A DNA stretch of 64,000 bases, from assembly GCA_958295915.1 (NCBI GenBank), contig OY282381.1:144722-208721 (forward strand), given 5' to 3'. The DNA is from an uncultured Caldilineaceae bacterium. GTDB taxonomy: Bacteria > Chloroflexota > Anaerolineae > Caldilineales > Caldilineaceae. A program made the translations under genes and the position numbers. The notes below the pieces were generated by a model. That model worked only from the letters and a program-made list of their open reading frames with translations, ran no database searches and was not told the origin of the DNA. Below are positions 10,315 to 19,758 of this stretch, piece after piece; position 1 is the stretch's first letter; each line of letters starts with the position of its first letter.

Positions 10315-10818
10315 TCAGTTCAATTCGCCAAGACTTTGCAACCTATATGTATGGCTCTCACAATCATACAGCCCCCAGCTCGGCGCGCCGTATCGCCCCA
10401 TCACTTCGCCGGGATTGATCAGCAAACAGGCGCCGATCCGCTCCCAATTCTGCAGATGGTTGTGACCGTAACAGACCAGATCGAAGATGCCGCTTTGCGC
10501 GATGCGCCGAGCAGGTTCCGGGTAATGAATGAGGGCAATCTTCCGGCCGCCGAATTCCAATTCAGCATAGGGTCCGTGTAATGTCACGTGGGAAAAGTCG
10601 GCGGCCACTTGCTGCTGCAAACGTCCGTCGCCGTCGTTGTTGCCCTCCACGATGTGAATTGGACCGGCAAATGACCGCGCTATCTGGGCGACAATGAACG
10701 GCGCTACCAGATCGCCACAGTGCAGCAAGACATCAGCTGCGGCTTCAGAGGCGCCGGCCAGCGCTTTATCCAGATTCCAGATAGTATCATGGCTATCAGC
10801 AAGGATGGCGATTTTCAT
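10315..10818 (-). CDS. Metallophosphoesterase, YfcE/MJ0936 family
   Basis: MKIAILADSHD, HCGDL, GNNDGD and YGHNH motifs. ATG 10818 chosen because 10819-10923 overlaps repeat B1. Confidence 0.85.
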   Translation of the reverse strand: MKIAILADSHDTIWNLDKALAGASEAAADVLLHCGDLVAPFIVAQIARSFAGPIHIVEGNNDGDGRLQQQVAADFSHVTLHGPYAELEFGGRKIALIHYPEPARRIAQSGIFDLVCYGHNHLQNWERIGACLLINPGEVMGRYGAPSWGLYDCESHTYRLQSLGELN

Positions 10819-10849
10819 CAGTTCTCTCCAAGCAGGATTTTGAGCAGGC

Positions 10850-10936
10850 AATTCAGGTTTCGCACGATGCGCAAAGGGTATAGGGCGCGCCACTGTAGGG
10901 CGCGACATCTGCGGCGCGCTCAACCCTCACAAAATT
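10850..10936. repeat. Repeat family B, long form (AATTCAGGTTTCGCACGATGCGC..TAGGGCGCGCC.CTGTAGGGCGCG..CTGCGGCGCGCTCAACCC)
   Basis: Shares termini and core with 21861-21942 and 27780-27865. Confidence 0.85.
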
Positions 10937-11009
10937 TGCTCCTACGTAGTATATCCGACCGGTGTGTTATCGGCAACGGCGCGGCTATGTGGTATACTAT
11001 AGTTTCTGA

Positions 11010-11126
11010 CTGTGATTTTCCTGATTTATCTGATGGACAGGATAAAATCATGGTCAATGCCAACTGTGATTCTCTTGATTCCTCTGATGAACAGGATAAA
11101 ATCTGGGCAACCACAAGGGTCGCCCC
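11010..11126. repeat. Repeat family G (two tandem copies) followed by a family F-type hairpin
   Basis: CTGTGATT..C.TGATT..TCTGATG.ACAGGATAAAATC at 11010-11058 and 11064-11110, with a related copy at 24400-24445. GGGCAACCACAAGGGTCGCCCC is the reverse complement form of 53917-53940. Confidence 0.7.
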
Positions 11127-11143
11127 TGCCGGCCCGGCATCAC

Positions 11144-11197
11144 AATTCGAGTTTCGCACGATGCCCACACTCTGCGGCGCGCTCAGCCCTCAGATTG
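11144..11197. repeat. Repeat family B, short form
   Basis: AATTCGAGTTTCGCACGATGCCCACACTCTGCGGCGCGCTCAGCCCTCAGATTG. Same ends as the long form but lacks the central TAGGGCGCG block. Confidence 0.8.
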
Positions 11198-12199
11198 TGT
11201 TCAGCATTGGTTGCGCTGTCCATTCGCTGGACATTCGCTATCCTCGCCCTGTCCGGCTGTGGGCAAGTCATCACACTTACGCCGATCCCAACGCTGACTC
11301 CGACGGCAACAGTCGCCCCGATCACTGGGCCGAGGCCGCTCGCCACCGCTACGCCGATTCCCTACACGCCGGCGCCGACAGCTACCCCGACAGCAACGCC
11401 CACACTGATCTTCTACACGATCCAGTCAGGTGACACGCTGACTACCATCGCTGGTCGGTACAATGTCACTATCCCCGCGCTGCAAGAAGCGAACGGTATC
11501 CTTGATCCCCGTACCCTACAATCCGGCACGCAATTGGTGATTCCTTCGTTGAACGAGAGTGAAGGATCGACAGCCAACGCCACACCAACACCCACCCCCA
11601 TGCCAATTGCCACACAGAACATCTACTTTAGCTACCCAACCAGTGGCGGTCTGTTGGTTCTGGGCGAAATCCGCAACGAAAGCGGCGATATCCTCGAACA
11701 GGTGCGTGTAGGCGTGACTTTCCTGGACGCGCAAGAAAAAATCTTAGCTGAAGGCGACGGATTAGCAATGCTGGACTTGGTACTGCCGGGAGAAGTGGCC
11801 CCATTCACGATCCTCTTTGCCGAGACGCTGAGCAAGTTTGAACGATACCATATATATCCGCTCAGCGCGGTACCGGCCTATGTAGGCGGATATTATCGGG
11901 ATCTCGTGGTAGAAGATCTGAGAAGAGAGAGGGAACGATACGAATCCTATACGGTCAGGGGAACAGTGCGCAATACCGGCAAGGAAGAAACAGTCAGCTT
12001 GCAGGTGATTCTGACCGCCTACGACTCAATGGACCGGGTAATCGCCACCCGAAAGATCGTGCCGGATCACAATGTTGTGGCCCCGGGCGGCGAGACGACA
12101 TTCACAGCCATTCTGGTGCCGATGGGGGGGCCGGTTGCGCGCATCCACGTCGCGGCCCAGGGCCGCCGATACGCGGTAAACAAGAGAAATGAAGGGTGA
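11195..12199 (+). CDS. LysM-domain lipoprotein
   Basis: Lipobox ILALSGC, Thr/Pro-rich linker, LysM motif YTIQSGDTLTTIAGRYNVTIPALQEANG, and a C-terminal beta-rich domain. Start uncertain: TTG 11195 is my choice, and the longest ORF starts at 11012 inside repeats. Confidence 0.7.
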   Translation: MCSALVALSIRWTFAILALSGCGQVITLTPIPTLTPTATVAPITGPRPLATATPIPYTPAPTATPTATPTLIFYTIQSGDTLTTIAGRYNVTIPALQEANGILDPRTLQSGTQLVIPSLNESEGSTANATPTPTPMPIATQNIYFSYPTSGGLLVLGEIRNESGDILEQVRVGVTFLDAQEKILAEGDGLAMLDLVLPGEVAPFTILFAETLSKFERYHIYPLSAVPAYVGGYYRDLVVEDLRRERERYESYTVRGTVRNTGKEETVSLQVILTAYDSMDRVIATRKIVPDHNVVAPGGETTFTAILVPMGGPVARIHVAAQGRRYAVNKRNEG

Positions 12200-12340
12200 G
12201 AAAAAACCAGTGGTCGATGGAAAGTTTTTCATTTCGAGATTTTCTCGCGCTGGGGAACACTCGCAGTTATCGACGTGTGGTCGGTGGAAAATTTTTCGTT
12301 TCGAGGAACTGCAGTTCACTGACTACTAGCCACTGCAGTT
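12198..12340. repeat. Repeat family C (composite, internally duplicated)
   Basis: CCAGTGGTCGATGGAAAGTTTTTCATTTCGAG and GGTCGGTGGAAAATTTTTCGTTTCGAG, followed by AACTGCAGTTCACTGACTACTAGCCACTGCAGTT. The reverse complement copy is at 20738-20903. Confidence 0.85.
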
Positions 12341-13246
12341 CCTCTGCGCCTCGGCCCAGGCGCGCAAAGGCACGTCATCCTGATCTTTAGTCTGCCAGTA
12401 TTGGGACGATGGAGTGATTTCCGGCGCGCTGCCCAATGGGTTGCCGCCACTTGCCAATGCGCCCAATAACTGCCTGCGGATGGGTGAACTGCGATTGATC
12501 AGCGCCGGATCCTGGCTTATATAGTCGGTGGGACGCAGCCAGCGATAATGATAGCCGATGTGCATAATTTTGCGGATTTTGTCGGATAGATTGGGCCCGA
12601 CGCAGTGCCAGACCGCTGTGCGCCACAGGACCGCCGCGCCAGGGCGCAGGCGCAGTTCCAGCGCTTCGCTGGGATCCACGTTCTGGCCCATCTGCCACAG
12701 TTCATTGGGCGAGCGCAGATGACTGCCCGGCGCCATCCACAGATTGCCGCATTGGGATTCGCTCAGGTCCGACAAGACGTAGAACACTTTGATTTCCATA
12801 AAAGGCAGCCGTCCGTCCAGTGATGGGGCCATGAAAAGGACGTCGCTGGCCAGATCGGGGTGCCAGGTCAGATTGCGGTAACCGACCTTCTGGTCGGCGC
12901 CGTCGCCCACGCCCAATGCGCCGGGCTGCAGGTCTTCAGGGTACGGTGGTCGATAGTCCAGATGGGTGGTGCGGATCTGGATATTCCAGCCGATCGCGTC
13001 CACCACCAACGGCAGCATACGTGGGTGATCGATCAGATCGAGGAAGGCATCGTGATGGGCCAGGGCATTGCGCACGGCAAAGGGGTCATTCGGACCCAAG
13101 CCCTCGAAGCGACGCACGCGTTCCGCCACCTCATCAACGGCCGCCAGCAGCCGCTCCAACTCCGCTTGCGTCAAGAAATTCTCAAGAATGATAAACCCTT
13201 GTTCGTCGAATTCTGCGCGCTGTTGTGGGTTCATGGCAATGGACAC
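12326..13246 (-). CDS. Phytanoyl-CoA dioxygenase (PhyH) family Fe(II)/2-oxoglutarate oxygenase
   Basis: N-terminal FDEQGFIILENFLT and the HxD iron motif WHPD. GTG start with GGAGGG 5 nt upstream. Confidence 0.8.
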   Translation of the reverse strand: MSIAMNPQQRAEFDEQGFIILENFLTQAELERLLAAVDEVAERVRRFEGLGPNDPFAVRNALAHHDAFLDLIDHPRMLPLVVDAIGWNIQIRTTHLDYRPPYPEDLQPGALGVGDGADQKVGYRNLTWHPDLASDVLFMAPSLDGRLPFMEIKVFYVLSDLSESQCGNLWMAPGSHLRSPNELWQMGQNVDPSEALELRLRPGAAVLWRTAVWHCVGPNLSDKIRKIMHIGYHYRWLRPTDYISQDPALINRSSPIRRQLLGALASGGNPLGSAPEITPSSQYWQTKDQDDVPLRAWAEAQRNCSG

Positions 13247-13273
13247 GGCATCCCTCCTGATTTCTGTACTCTC

Positions 13274-14500
13274 TCATAGCCCCCAATGGGCATCGATCGG
13301 ATCCTGGAAAGCGGATCGTGCGCCATTCAGGACCTCATCGACATAGATCACTTCCCCGCTCAGGCCCGACTCGTAAATCGCATCTCCAACCGCGAGCGAG
13401 CGCATCCCCTCCCAGCCGTCGATCTCCGGCGCAGCTCGGTTTCCACGAAGAATTTCCAAGAACTCCCAGATCTCGATGGAGAAGCCGTCGGTAGCGCCGC
13501 CCGGATATAGCAATTCCTCTTCCACAGGGCTCAGGGATGCACGGTGCATCTCTTCCAGTTGACGCATGGTATAGACAGTCCCATCATCACACGCTAGGCG
13601 GGCCGATTCCTTTTGGTCAGGCTTTCGTTCAAACAGATGAAAGATTGAAAAGGAGCCTGCGGTCGTATCCCGCAACGACCCTTGGCTGCCATAGAAGGTC
13701 ACGTTATAGGCCTCTTCGCCAGGGGCAGCCAGACTCCACGCCCACGTGCCGACGAGGCCGCTCTTGAAGGAAAACGTGACGAATACCGTGTCTTCGGGGG
13801 CCGCGGTAAAGGGCAGAGCCGTGCCCGTCTTCAGGGAGCGCAGCTCGGCGTATACTTTTTCAACGTCACCGAAGAAGTAGCGGAGCGAATCGCAGTAATG
13901 AAAGCCACTGTCCAGCACCGGTCCGCCGCCAGACATGAGTTTATCCTGACGCCAACGCACATGTTCGGGAACTGCTTCGCTTCCCACTTTCGGCGGGGAG
14001 GAGGGGGTGCGGTAGTGGTGAAAGAAACTCAGGGGCTTGCCAATCAGACCTGATTCATTGAATACCCAGTGGGCCACCCGCTGGCCCGGTTGACGACGGT
14101 GGGGGGCGGCGGTCGAAAGGAGCCTGCCGGTACGCGCAGCCGTCTCGGCCATCAGGCGACAAGCCTTGACTGTGATGCCAAGTGGCTTTTCACACAGTAC
14201 ATGCAAACCGGCCTCCATGCAGTCCACGGCGATACCATGATGCAGACCGTGGGGGAGACACAGATCCACAGCGTCTACCTGCGCTTCAGCGAGAAGTTCC
14301 TGATGAGTCTGGTAGAGGGCAGGCCGAATGCCAAGTAGCTCCTCCAACATATCCGCCCGCTCTATCGCCGCCTGCTCATTGGCATCGCACAGCGCGGTAA
14401 CGGCGAAATCGCCGCGCCCGCGTTTCTGCAGATCCTGCATAGCAAGCGCGTGGCGTCGCGAGATCCTCCCACAGCCGATAAGGGCCAATCGTATAAGCAT
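13274..14500 (-). CDS. Gfo/Idh/MocA family oxidoreductase
   Basis: Rossmann motif LALIGCGRISRRH and the EKP motif LCEKPLG. Confidence 0.85.
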   Translation of the reverse strand: MLIRLALIGCGRISRRHALAMQDLQKRGRGDFAVTALCDANEQAAIERADMLEELLGIRPALYQTHQELLAEAQVDAVDLCLPHGLHHGIAVDCMEAGLHVLCEKPLGITVKACRLMAETAARTGRLLSTAAPHRRQPGQRVAHWVFNESGLIGKPLSFFHHYRTPSSPPKVGSEAVPEHVRWRQDKLMSGGGPVLDSGFHYCDSLRYFFGDVEKVYAELRSLKTGTALPFTAAPEDTVFVTFSFKSGLVGTWAWSLAAPGEEAYNVTFYGSQGSLRDTTAGSFSIFHLFERKPDQKESARLACDDGTVYTMRQLEEMHRASLSPVEEELLYPGGATDGFSIEIWEFLEILRGNRAAPEIDGWEGMRSLAVGDAIYESGLSGEVIYVDEVLNGARSAFQDPIDAHWGL

Positions 14501-14554
14501 ATCGTGACTTCTCCAGATGGACGATAGGTGCGAACAGAGCTGCGCAGACCAGAT

Positions 14555-15451
14555 TCAGCCTTTGATTCCGGTCAATGTGATGCCTTGCACGAAGGTCTTC
14601 TGCAAAAAGAAGAAGAGTAGAATGATAGGCAGGGTGATCAACACCGAAGCCGCCATCAGCAGACCCCACTCAGCGCCGTACTGTGACCGGTACTCGTAGA
14701 TTCCGAGAGACAATACATATAGTTTCTGATCACTCAGATAGATAAGGGGTCCGATGTAGTCACGCCAGCGAGCAATGAATTCAAAGATAGCCACCGTGGC
14801 CAAAGCTGGTTTGGAGAGAGGCAGAATAATGGAGTAATAGATCTTCAACTCGTGGGCGCCATCAATCCGTGCCGCTTCGGACAACTCCATGGGAATGGTC
14901 ATAAAGAACTGCCGCAACAGAAAGATGTACAGGGCGCCGCCAAACCAATGGGGCACGATGAGAGGCAGCCAGGAGTTTACCCAGTCCAGATTTTTGAAGA
15001 CAATAAACAGCGGAATCATCGTGACCTGAAACGGTAGCATGAGTGTGGCTACGGTCAGGATGAATAGAAAATTGCGGCCGGGCCAAGGAATCCGAGCGAG
15101 GCTGTATGCGACCAAAGAGGAAGAGATCAGAACGCCAATGGTGGCGAGCACTGCAATTGTGATTGTATTGCGCAGATAAAGGAAAAAGGTGATATAGGTG
15201 ACGGCATCTGGGTAGTTGGACCATTGAAGCGGACTCGGAATCAAGACCGGAGGGTAGGAATAAAACTGAACGTCCGGCTTCAGTGAAGTCGATAGCATCC
15301 ACAGAAACGGCACCATGAAGACAAAAGCCGCCGGAATCAGACTGGCATGGATTAAGGCGCTACGGATAACGCCGCGTATGCGCTTGGCCATCAACAGGCT
15401 GGCGCGGTCGTGCGCAATCGTGGGCTGGGCTTTCTGGCTTTCAACCGCCAT
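14555..15451 (-). CDS. Carbohydrate ABC transporter permease (MalG-like)
   Basis: Six predicted TM segments. EAA loop SEAARIDGAHELKIYYSIILPLSKPAL. Confidence 0.9.
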   Translation of the reverse strand: MAVESQKAQPTIAHDRASLLMAKRIRGVIRSALIHASLIPAAFVFMVPFLWMLSTSLKPDVQFYSYPPVLIPSPLQWSNYPDAVTYITFFLYLRNTITIAVLATIGVLISSSLVAYSLARIPWPGRNFLFILTVATLMLPFQVTMIPLFIVFKNLDWVNSWLPLIVPHWFGGALYIFLLRQFFMTIPMELSEAARIDGAHELKIYYSIILPLSKPALATVAIFEFIARWRDYIGPLIYLSDQKLYVLSLGIYEYRSQYGAEWGLLMAASVLITLPIILLFFFLQKTFVQGITLTGIKG

Positions 15452-15452
15452 C

Positions 15453-16436
15453 CTATTCTTCGCCTCCTGCGTAAAAGACCCAAAGACGCGCCGAGCGGAA
15501 GATGATCAGAGTTACGATCAGGGTGAACATGAACAACAGCCATGCCATGGCCGACGCATACCCCATCGTCAGGTATTGGAACGCATTCTTGTAGAGGTAG
15601 ATGGAATAAAACAGCGTCGTGTTGGCAGGGAAACCTGTGCCCCCCGTCATAATATAAGGGATGGCAAAGAAATTCAGCGCGCCGATAATGGATGTCACCA
15701 GATGGAAGAAGATCACTGGTGTCAGAATGGGAACTGTAACATTGCGGAATTTGGATAGGAAGTTGGCGCCGTCTACATCGGCTGCATCGTACAGATCTTG
15801 GGGGACATCCTGCAGACCGGCGAGGTATAAAATGATCTGCTGCCCGATGATCCAAAGCGCAAGCAGAACGAGTGTAGGCTTTGCCCATTGGGCGCATGTG
15901 AGCCAGCAGGGACCACGAACACCCAAAAACCTGAACGGTGTCTCGATCAGCCCGATACGCGGTGTGAATATGAAAACCCAGACCAGGGCCAGAGCGACTT
16001 CCGGCACAAGCGTCGGTAGAAAGTAGATCGTGCGATAGATTACCTGGCCCCGAATCTTGGCATTCAACATCAACGCCAATCCAAAAGCGCAGATGATGGC
16101 CAAAGGAATCGAGACCACCGCGAAGTAAACGGTATTATAGATTGCCGCCCTGAAGTCATCATCATCTGTGAACAGATCGAGGTAGTTATCGAGCCCGATC
16201 CATTGCGGATTCATGACGCCGTTGTACTTGGTAAAGCTATAGTACGCTGACGCCAGGGTCGGGTAAATCCAAAAGACAAGCAGGCCGATAATCCAGGGAG
16301 AGGCAAAGAGCAGACCGTTTATTGTATGGCGCGTCCCTTGAGACCAACGTCTGCGTGGATATTGGACGGGCGAGCCTCCGAGCTTTCCGGAATCGCTTGC
16401 TCGTTCGACAGTAACAGAGGAGAGGGCAATTGCCAT
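15453..16436 (-). CDS. Carbohydrate ABC transporter permease (MalF-like)
   Basis: EAA-type loop LYDAADVDGANFLSKFRNVTVPILTPV. Its stop lies 1 nt from the downstream permease start. Confidence 0.9.
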   Translation of the reverse strand: MAIALSSVTVERASDSGKLGGSPVQYPRRRWSQGTRHTINGLLFASPWIIGLLVFWIYPTLASAYYSFTKYNGVMNPQWIGLDNYLDLFTDDDDFRAAIYNTVYFAVVSIPLAIICAFGLALMLNAKIRGQVIYRTIYFLPTLVPEVALALVWVFIFTPRIGLIETPFRFLGVRGPCWLTCAQWAKPTLVLLALWIIGQQIILYLAGLQDVPQDLYDAADVDGANFLSKFRNVTVPILTPVIFFHLVTSIIGALNFFAIPYIMTGGTGFPANTTLFYSIYLYKNAFQYLTMGYASAMAWLLFMFTLIVTLIIFRSARLWVFYAGGEE

Positions 16437-16482
16437 AAAGGCCTCACGAAGAAACGTATCCTGTTGCGTAAGGAGAAAAGTC

Positions 16483-16510
16483 AGGTAGGGCTATCTATGT
16501 AGCCCTACCT
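16483..16510 (-). other. Intercistronic hairpin between the binding-protein and permease genes
   Basis: AGGTAGGGCTA-tctatg-TAGCCCTACCT, 11-bp stem. The position resembles the mRNA-stabilising hairpins known between malE and malF. Confidence 0.4.
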
Positions 16511-16575
16511 TTCGCTATAGATGCTGAAGAGGCGAGAGAAACGTTTGTTCGCAAAGCGGCTGTGCTCAGCAACGA

Positions 16576-17946
16576 TTAGCTGAAGAAGCCTATTTCCTCG
16601 AGACCCTGATTGATCTCCTCGTCAATATCCATCAGCGCCTGTTCCGGGGACTTCATGCCGTGGGGAATCTCATCACGGAAGGCCTTGACCTGCAGATCCC
16701 ACAACTTGGACCCCAGAGGAATCGGCGGACGGGCATGCGATACAGGGAGTAGATCCATAAATACAGCATGCAACGGATCTTCGCTGAAGAATGGATCCTC
16801 GGCGGCTGTCTTGATCGTGGGAATATGGAAGGTGTCTTTGTTGTACTTCAGCTGCCCTTCGGGTCCGCAGAGGTAAAAACAGGCGTCAAACGCCGCTTCC
16901 ACATCATCATAACCGGTGGGAATTGCCCAACTCCAACCACCTGCCCAACTGGCATGGGGCGCGGGGCCATCCGGGCCTGGCATGGGCACGACGCCATAGT
17001 TGGTGTTGGGCTTATAGCGATGATGCTGGGCTACTTTCCAGTTGCCGCTGCAAGTCATTGCGCTCTGTCCAGTCCAGAAGTAGTCATTCTCACCCCGGCA
17101 GTTCCCGCCAGCACAGGCGGCCAGCATGACGTCGATATCCTCAACGCCGATCTCATCGACAAAGGATTTGACGAACGTCATCGCTTCGATGTTCTTGGGA
17201 TGCGCAAAGGTGATCCGCCTGTCGCTATCCTGGAACTCACCACCGAAGCCAAAGCCCCAGGTATACAGCCATGCCTGATCATAGATCGGGTTAAAGCCAT
17301 AGCGCTCAATTGCGCCAGTGCTGTCGCGAATGGTCAGTGCTTCTGTGGCCGCTCGCAACTCATCCAGATTGGTCGGAGGGGATTCCGGATCGACGCCGGC
17401 TTCGGCCATGGTATCCATGTTGTACCACAAGGCCCGCGTGTCGGTGTCGAATGACAGCGCGTAAATGTCGCCCTTATAGACCGTTTCATCCCAGGCAAAG
17501 TCGAAATAGAGTTCTTTGGTAACGCCGCCCGCTTGGGCAAAATCCGTGATATTGGTAAAGAAGCCCTCATGGGCGAACTGCGGGACGGTAAAGCGGTCGG
17601 CATAATGGAGCGCAGGCGGCGTGCCCCCAGCGACAGCGGTCAAGAGCTTTTCATCTGCCTGGCTGCCCTGAGTCTGGGCAATGTAGACAAACTCGACCTC
17701 CACGCCCATTTCGTTTTTCTCGTTGTAAATGTCGATAATCTCGCGAATCGACTCTTGCGCCAGGTCGGTCATCCGCGACCAGGCTTCCAATTTCTTGACC
17801 TCCTGCATTGGCGCCGCATCACCGTCGCTATCTGCCGGGGCACTCGGCGCAGGCGCGGGGCAAGCCGCCAAAAGCGCGGCGCCGGTTGCCAGCCCTGAAT
17901 ACTGCAAGAAGCGACGGCGCGAAAACCTCTGTTTTTGGGTGTCCAT
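16576..17946 (-). CDS. ABC transporter extracellular solute-binding protein (family 1), Tat/lipoprotein signal
   Basis: RRRFLQYSGLATGAALLAAC (twin-arginine plus lipobox). ATG 17946 preceded by AGGAGGA. Confidence 0.88.
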   Translation of the reverse strand: MDTQKQRFSRRRFLQYSGLATGAALLAACPAPAPSAPADSDGDAAPMQEVKKLEAWSRMTDLAQESIREIIDIYNEKNEMGVEVEFVYIAQTQGSQADEKLLTAVAGGTPPALHYADRFTVPQFAHEGFFTNITDFAQAGGVTKELYFDFAWDETVYKGDIYALSFDTDTRALWYNMDTMAEAGVDPESPPTNLDELRAATEALTIRDSTGAIERYGFNPIYDQAWLYTWGFGFGGEFQDSDRRITFAHPKNIEAMTFVKSFVDEIGVEDIDVMLAACAGGNCRGENDYFWTGQSAMTCSGNWKVAQHHRYKPNTNYGVVPMPGPDGPAPHASWAGGWSWAIPTGYDDVEAAFDACFYLCGPEGQLKYNKDTFHIPTIKTAAEDPFFSEDPLHAVFMDLLPVSHARPPIPLGSKLWDLQVKAFRDEIPHGMKSPEQALMDIDEEINQGLEEIGFFS

Positions 17947-18154
17947 ACAATACATCCTCCTGAGGAAAATACTGATCAGCATTGCGCTGCCCAGGTCGCG
18001 CAAAGCACGATTACGGCGCAGCGACAAGCCAACTGACTAGGTGGTTTTGTCTGACCATCGCGCTACGCTTTGTAGGAGCCGGCGATTCAGACAACAATAG
18101 AAAAACTGTAACGGGTTATGCGCGCAACAGGGGGAAATTGCACTCTCACGGACC

Positions 18155-18183
18155 ATCATACCCACTTTAGCGCAACATGTCAA
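18155..18183 (-). promoter_or_regulatory. Near-consensus sigma70 promoter (TTGACA-17 nt-TATGAT) for the first ABC operon
   Basis: Reverse complement of 18178-18183 is TTGACA and of 18155-18160 is TATGAT. Implies a leader of about 200 nt before the ATG at 17946. Confidence 0.6.
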
Positions 18184-18215
18184 AATCCGCGCTGCATTTC
18201 TAACTCGTATTCCAA

Positions 18216-19619
18216 TCAGCGGGAATGCCGAATTGGCCACGCCGCCACTGCTTCCGCCGGCGCGTTCAACCTCCGCAGATCTTGGATCAACGCATCGTGC
18301 AGGTCGTCCGCTATGTCCATATGATCGCCGATAACGTTCGTCTCGGCCAGAGGGTCGGCCGCCAGATCGTACAATTGTCGCTTCCCGTATGAACCGACAG
18401 GCACGTATGCCCAGCGCTCCGTGTAGACGACCGGCGTCACACAGTTGGCCGGCAGTTTGCCATCCTTCAGCCGCATGTAGGAAGCCGACACGACGCTCTC
18501 GTGGAGCGGAACGCTGCTCTGCCCCCGCAGGAGCGGCGCGAAGGAGCGCCCATGCATCGGTTCCGGCGGCTCCACCTGTACGCCGGCCAGATCCAGCAGC
18601 GTCGGCGCGATGTCTGCCGGGCGCAGAAGGGCATCGACCGTACGGCCGCCTTCCAGCCCCGGCGCCGCCACCAGAAAGGGAATATGGGTGATCTCCGGAT
18701 AGAGGGGCCAGAAGCGGTCATCGTTCTTGTTGATGTTCGACTTGCCCGTGCGGTTGTGTTCGCCCAAACTCATGCCGTGATCCGACATAAAGACGACAAT
18801 CGAGTTGCGCCACAGGTCCAGATCGTCAATTTTCGTCAGGATACGCCCCACCCAACGATCCACCAGTTCCGCCTCCGCGCAGTAGTGCGCGCGCAGATTA
18901 CGCAGTTCCGGCTCTGTGTAGTCGCTGGCTTTGCCGTAGTTGGGATGCAGCATCGGTGGGCCGTCGTAGTCCGGGTCGTAGCGGCGCGCCATATACTCCG
19001 GTGGGTCCCAGGGCTCGTGGGGATCGAAGAAGTCCACCCACAGAAAGAACGGGGTATACTGATCGTTCTCTTCCAGCCACTCGACCGCCAGCTCCGCTGT
19101 ACGAGGCGGAAAGCGGTCGATCTCCCGGTACCAGCGCCGATTGATCCACTTGTGCAGGTCGATGAGGTTACGTCCCTGGAAGTGCTTGCCCACATTGCGC
19201 GTCTTCTCGTCCGCCATCGCCTGTTCTATGGCATGATTCATGCCCAGAAAGTAGGTGTTGCCCTCCTGACCGGACAGGGTGTAGGCCCCGTTGAACCCCT
19301 CAAAGAATGCAGCCCGCATCAAGTGGGGGCAGTCTCCCAGCAGTTGGGTAACATACCCGACTTCGCCAAGAATCTGGGGCAGGTGATTGGGGCTGCTCAG
19401 CCGTCGATCCTGCCAGGGGTACCAGGGCCAGCCCACGCGCCCGGTTGTGAAATCCGTGCGCTGCGGAATCGTCGGGAAGCTGCCCGTATACAGCCGGGAC
19501 AGATCCACACAGCGCGCCGAGAAGCGGTCCAGATGGGGCGTGCGCACGGGCATTTCAGTCGCCCGGTCAAACAGATTGTCGTAACGGAATGTGTCGGAGA
19601 TAATGACGATAATATTCAT
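18216..19619 (-). CDS. Sulfatase-family (alkaline phosphatase superfamily) protein with Thr at the nucleophile position
   Basis: MNIIVIISDTFRYDN. The signature aligns as T-I-P-Q-R-TDFT-T-G-R against the canonical C/S-x-P-x-R-xxxx-T-G-R. AGGAG lies 8 nt upstream of the start. Confidence 0.8.
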   Translation of the reverse strand: MNIIVIISDTFRYDNLFDRATEMPVRTPHLDRFSARCVDLSRLYTGSFPTIPQRTDFTTGRVGWPWYPWQDRRLSSPNHLPQILGEVGYVTQLLGDCPHLMRAAFFEGFNGAYTLSGQEGNTYFLGMNHAIEQAMADEKTRNVGKHFQGRNLIDLHKWINRRWYREIDRFPPRTAELAVEWLEENDQYTPFFLWVDFFDPHEPWDPPEYMARRYDPDYDGPPMLHPNYGKASDYTEPELRNLRAHYCAEAELVDRWVGRILTKIDDLDLWRNSIVVFMSDHGMSLGEHNRTGKSNINKNDDRFWPLYPEITHIPFLVAAPGLEGGRTVDALLRPADIAPTLLDLAGVQVEPPEPMHGRSFAPLLRGQSSVPLHESVVSASYMRLKDGKLPANCVTPVVYTERWAYVPVGSYGKRQLYDLAADPLAETNVIGDHMDIADDLHDALIQDLRRLNAPAEAVAAWPIRHSR

Positions 19620-19645
19620 TCGATGCGCTCCTAAATTGCCTCAGG

Positions 19646-19752
19646 ATGAATGCAAGGCACAGATGCAGACGCCGCAGAAACGCAATGAATGACCAGGATT
19701 TGTATGATTCCTGTGATAGGCAGGGGTGCGTCCTGGCGACATTGCGTTTCTT
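19646..19752. repeat. Repeat family A, long variant
   Basis: Same ends as 2362-2452 (ATGAAT..GCAGACGCCGCA..ACGCAATGAA ... CCTGGCGACATTGCGTTTC). The different central block is shared with 9228-9290 (reverse complement). Confidence 0.85.
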
Positions 19753-19758
19753 GCGCGC

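Noticed and set aside
10819-10923. N-terminal extension of the metallophosphoesterase ORF, and the long ORF starts at 11012 (LysM), 18027 and 24450 (binding proteins) and 28715 (PhyH)
   Set aside because: The extensions run through interspersed repeats or lack signal-peptide logic. Internal ATGs have GGAG-type sites and give canonical N-termini (MKIAILADSHD, Tat/lipobox signals, MTLSAAQVEAYK).
18501-19634. 377-aa plus-strand ORF antisense to the sulfatase-like gene. Similar shadow ORFs occur at 26651..27952 (433 aa), 45294..46496 (400 aa), 59463..60308, 61646..62359, 52309..53025, 55469..56365, 51282..51965 and 63363..63926.
   Set aside because: All overlap genes with strong family motifs on the other strand or in another frame. 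Their products are Arg/Pro/Ala/Gly-rich, which is typical of off-frame translation of GC-rich coding DNA.
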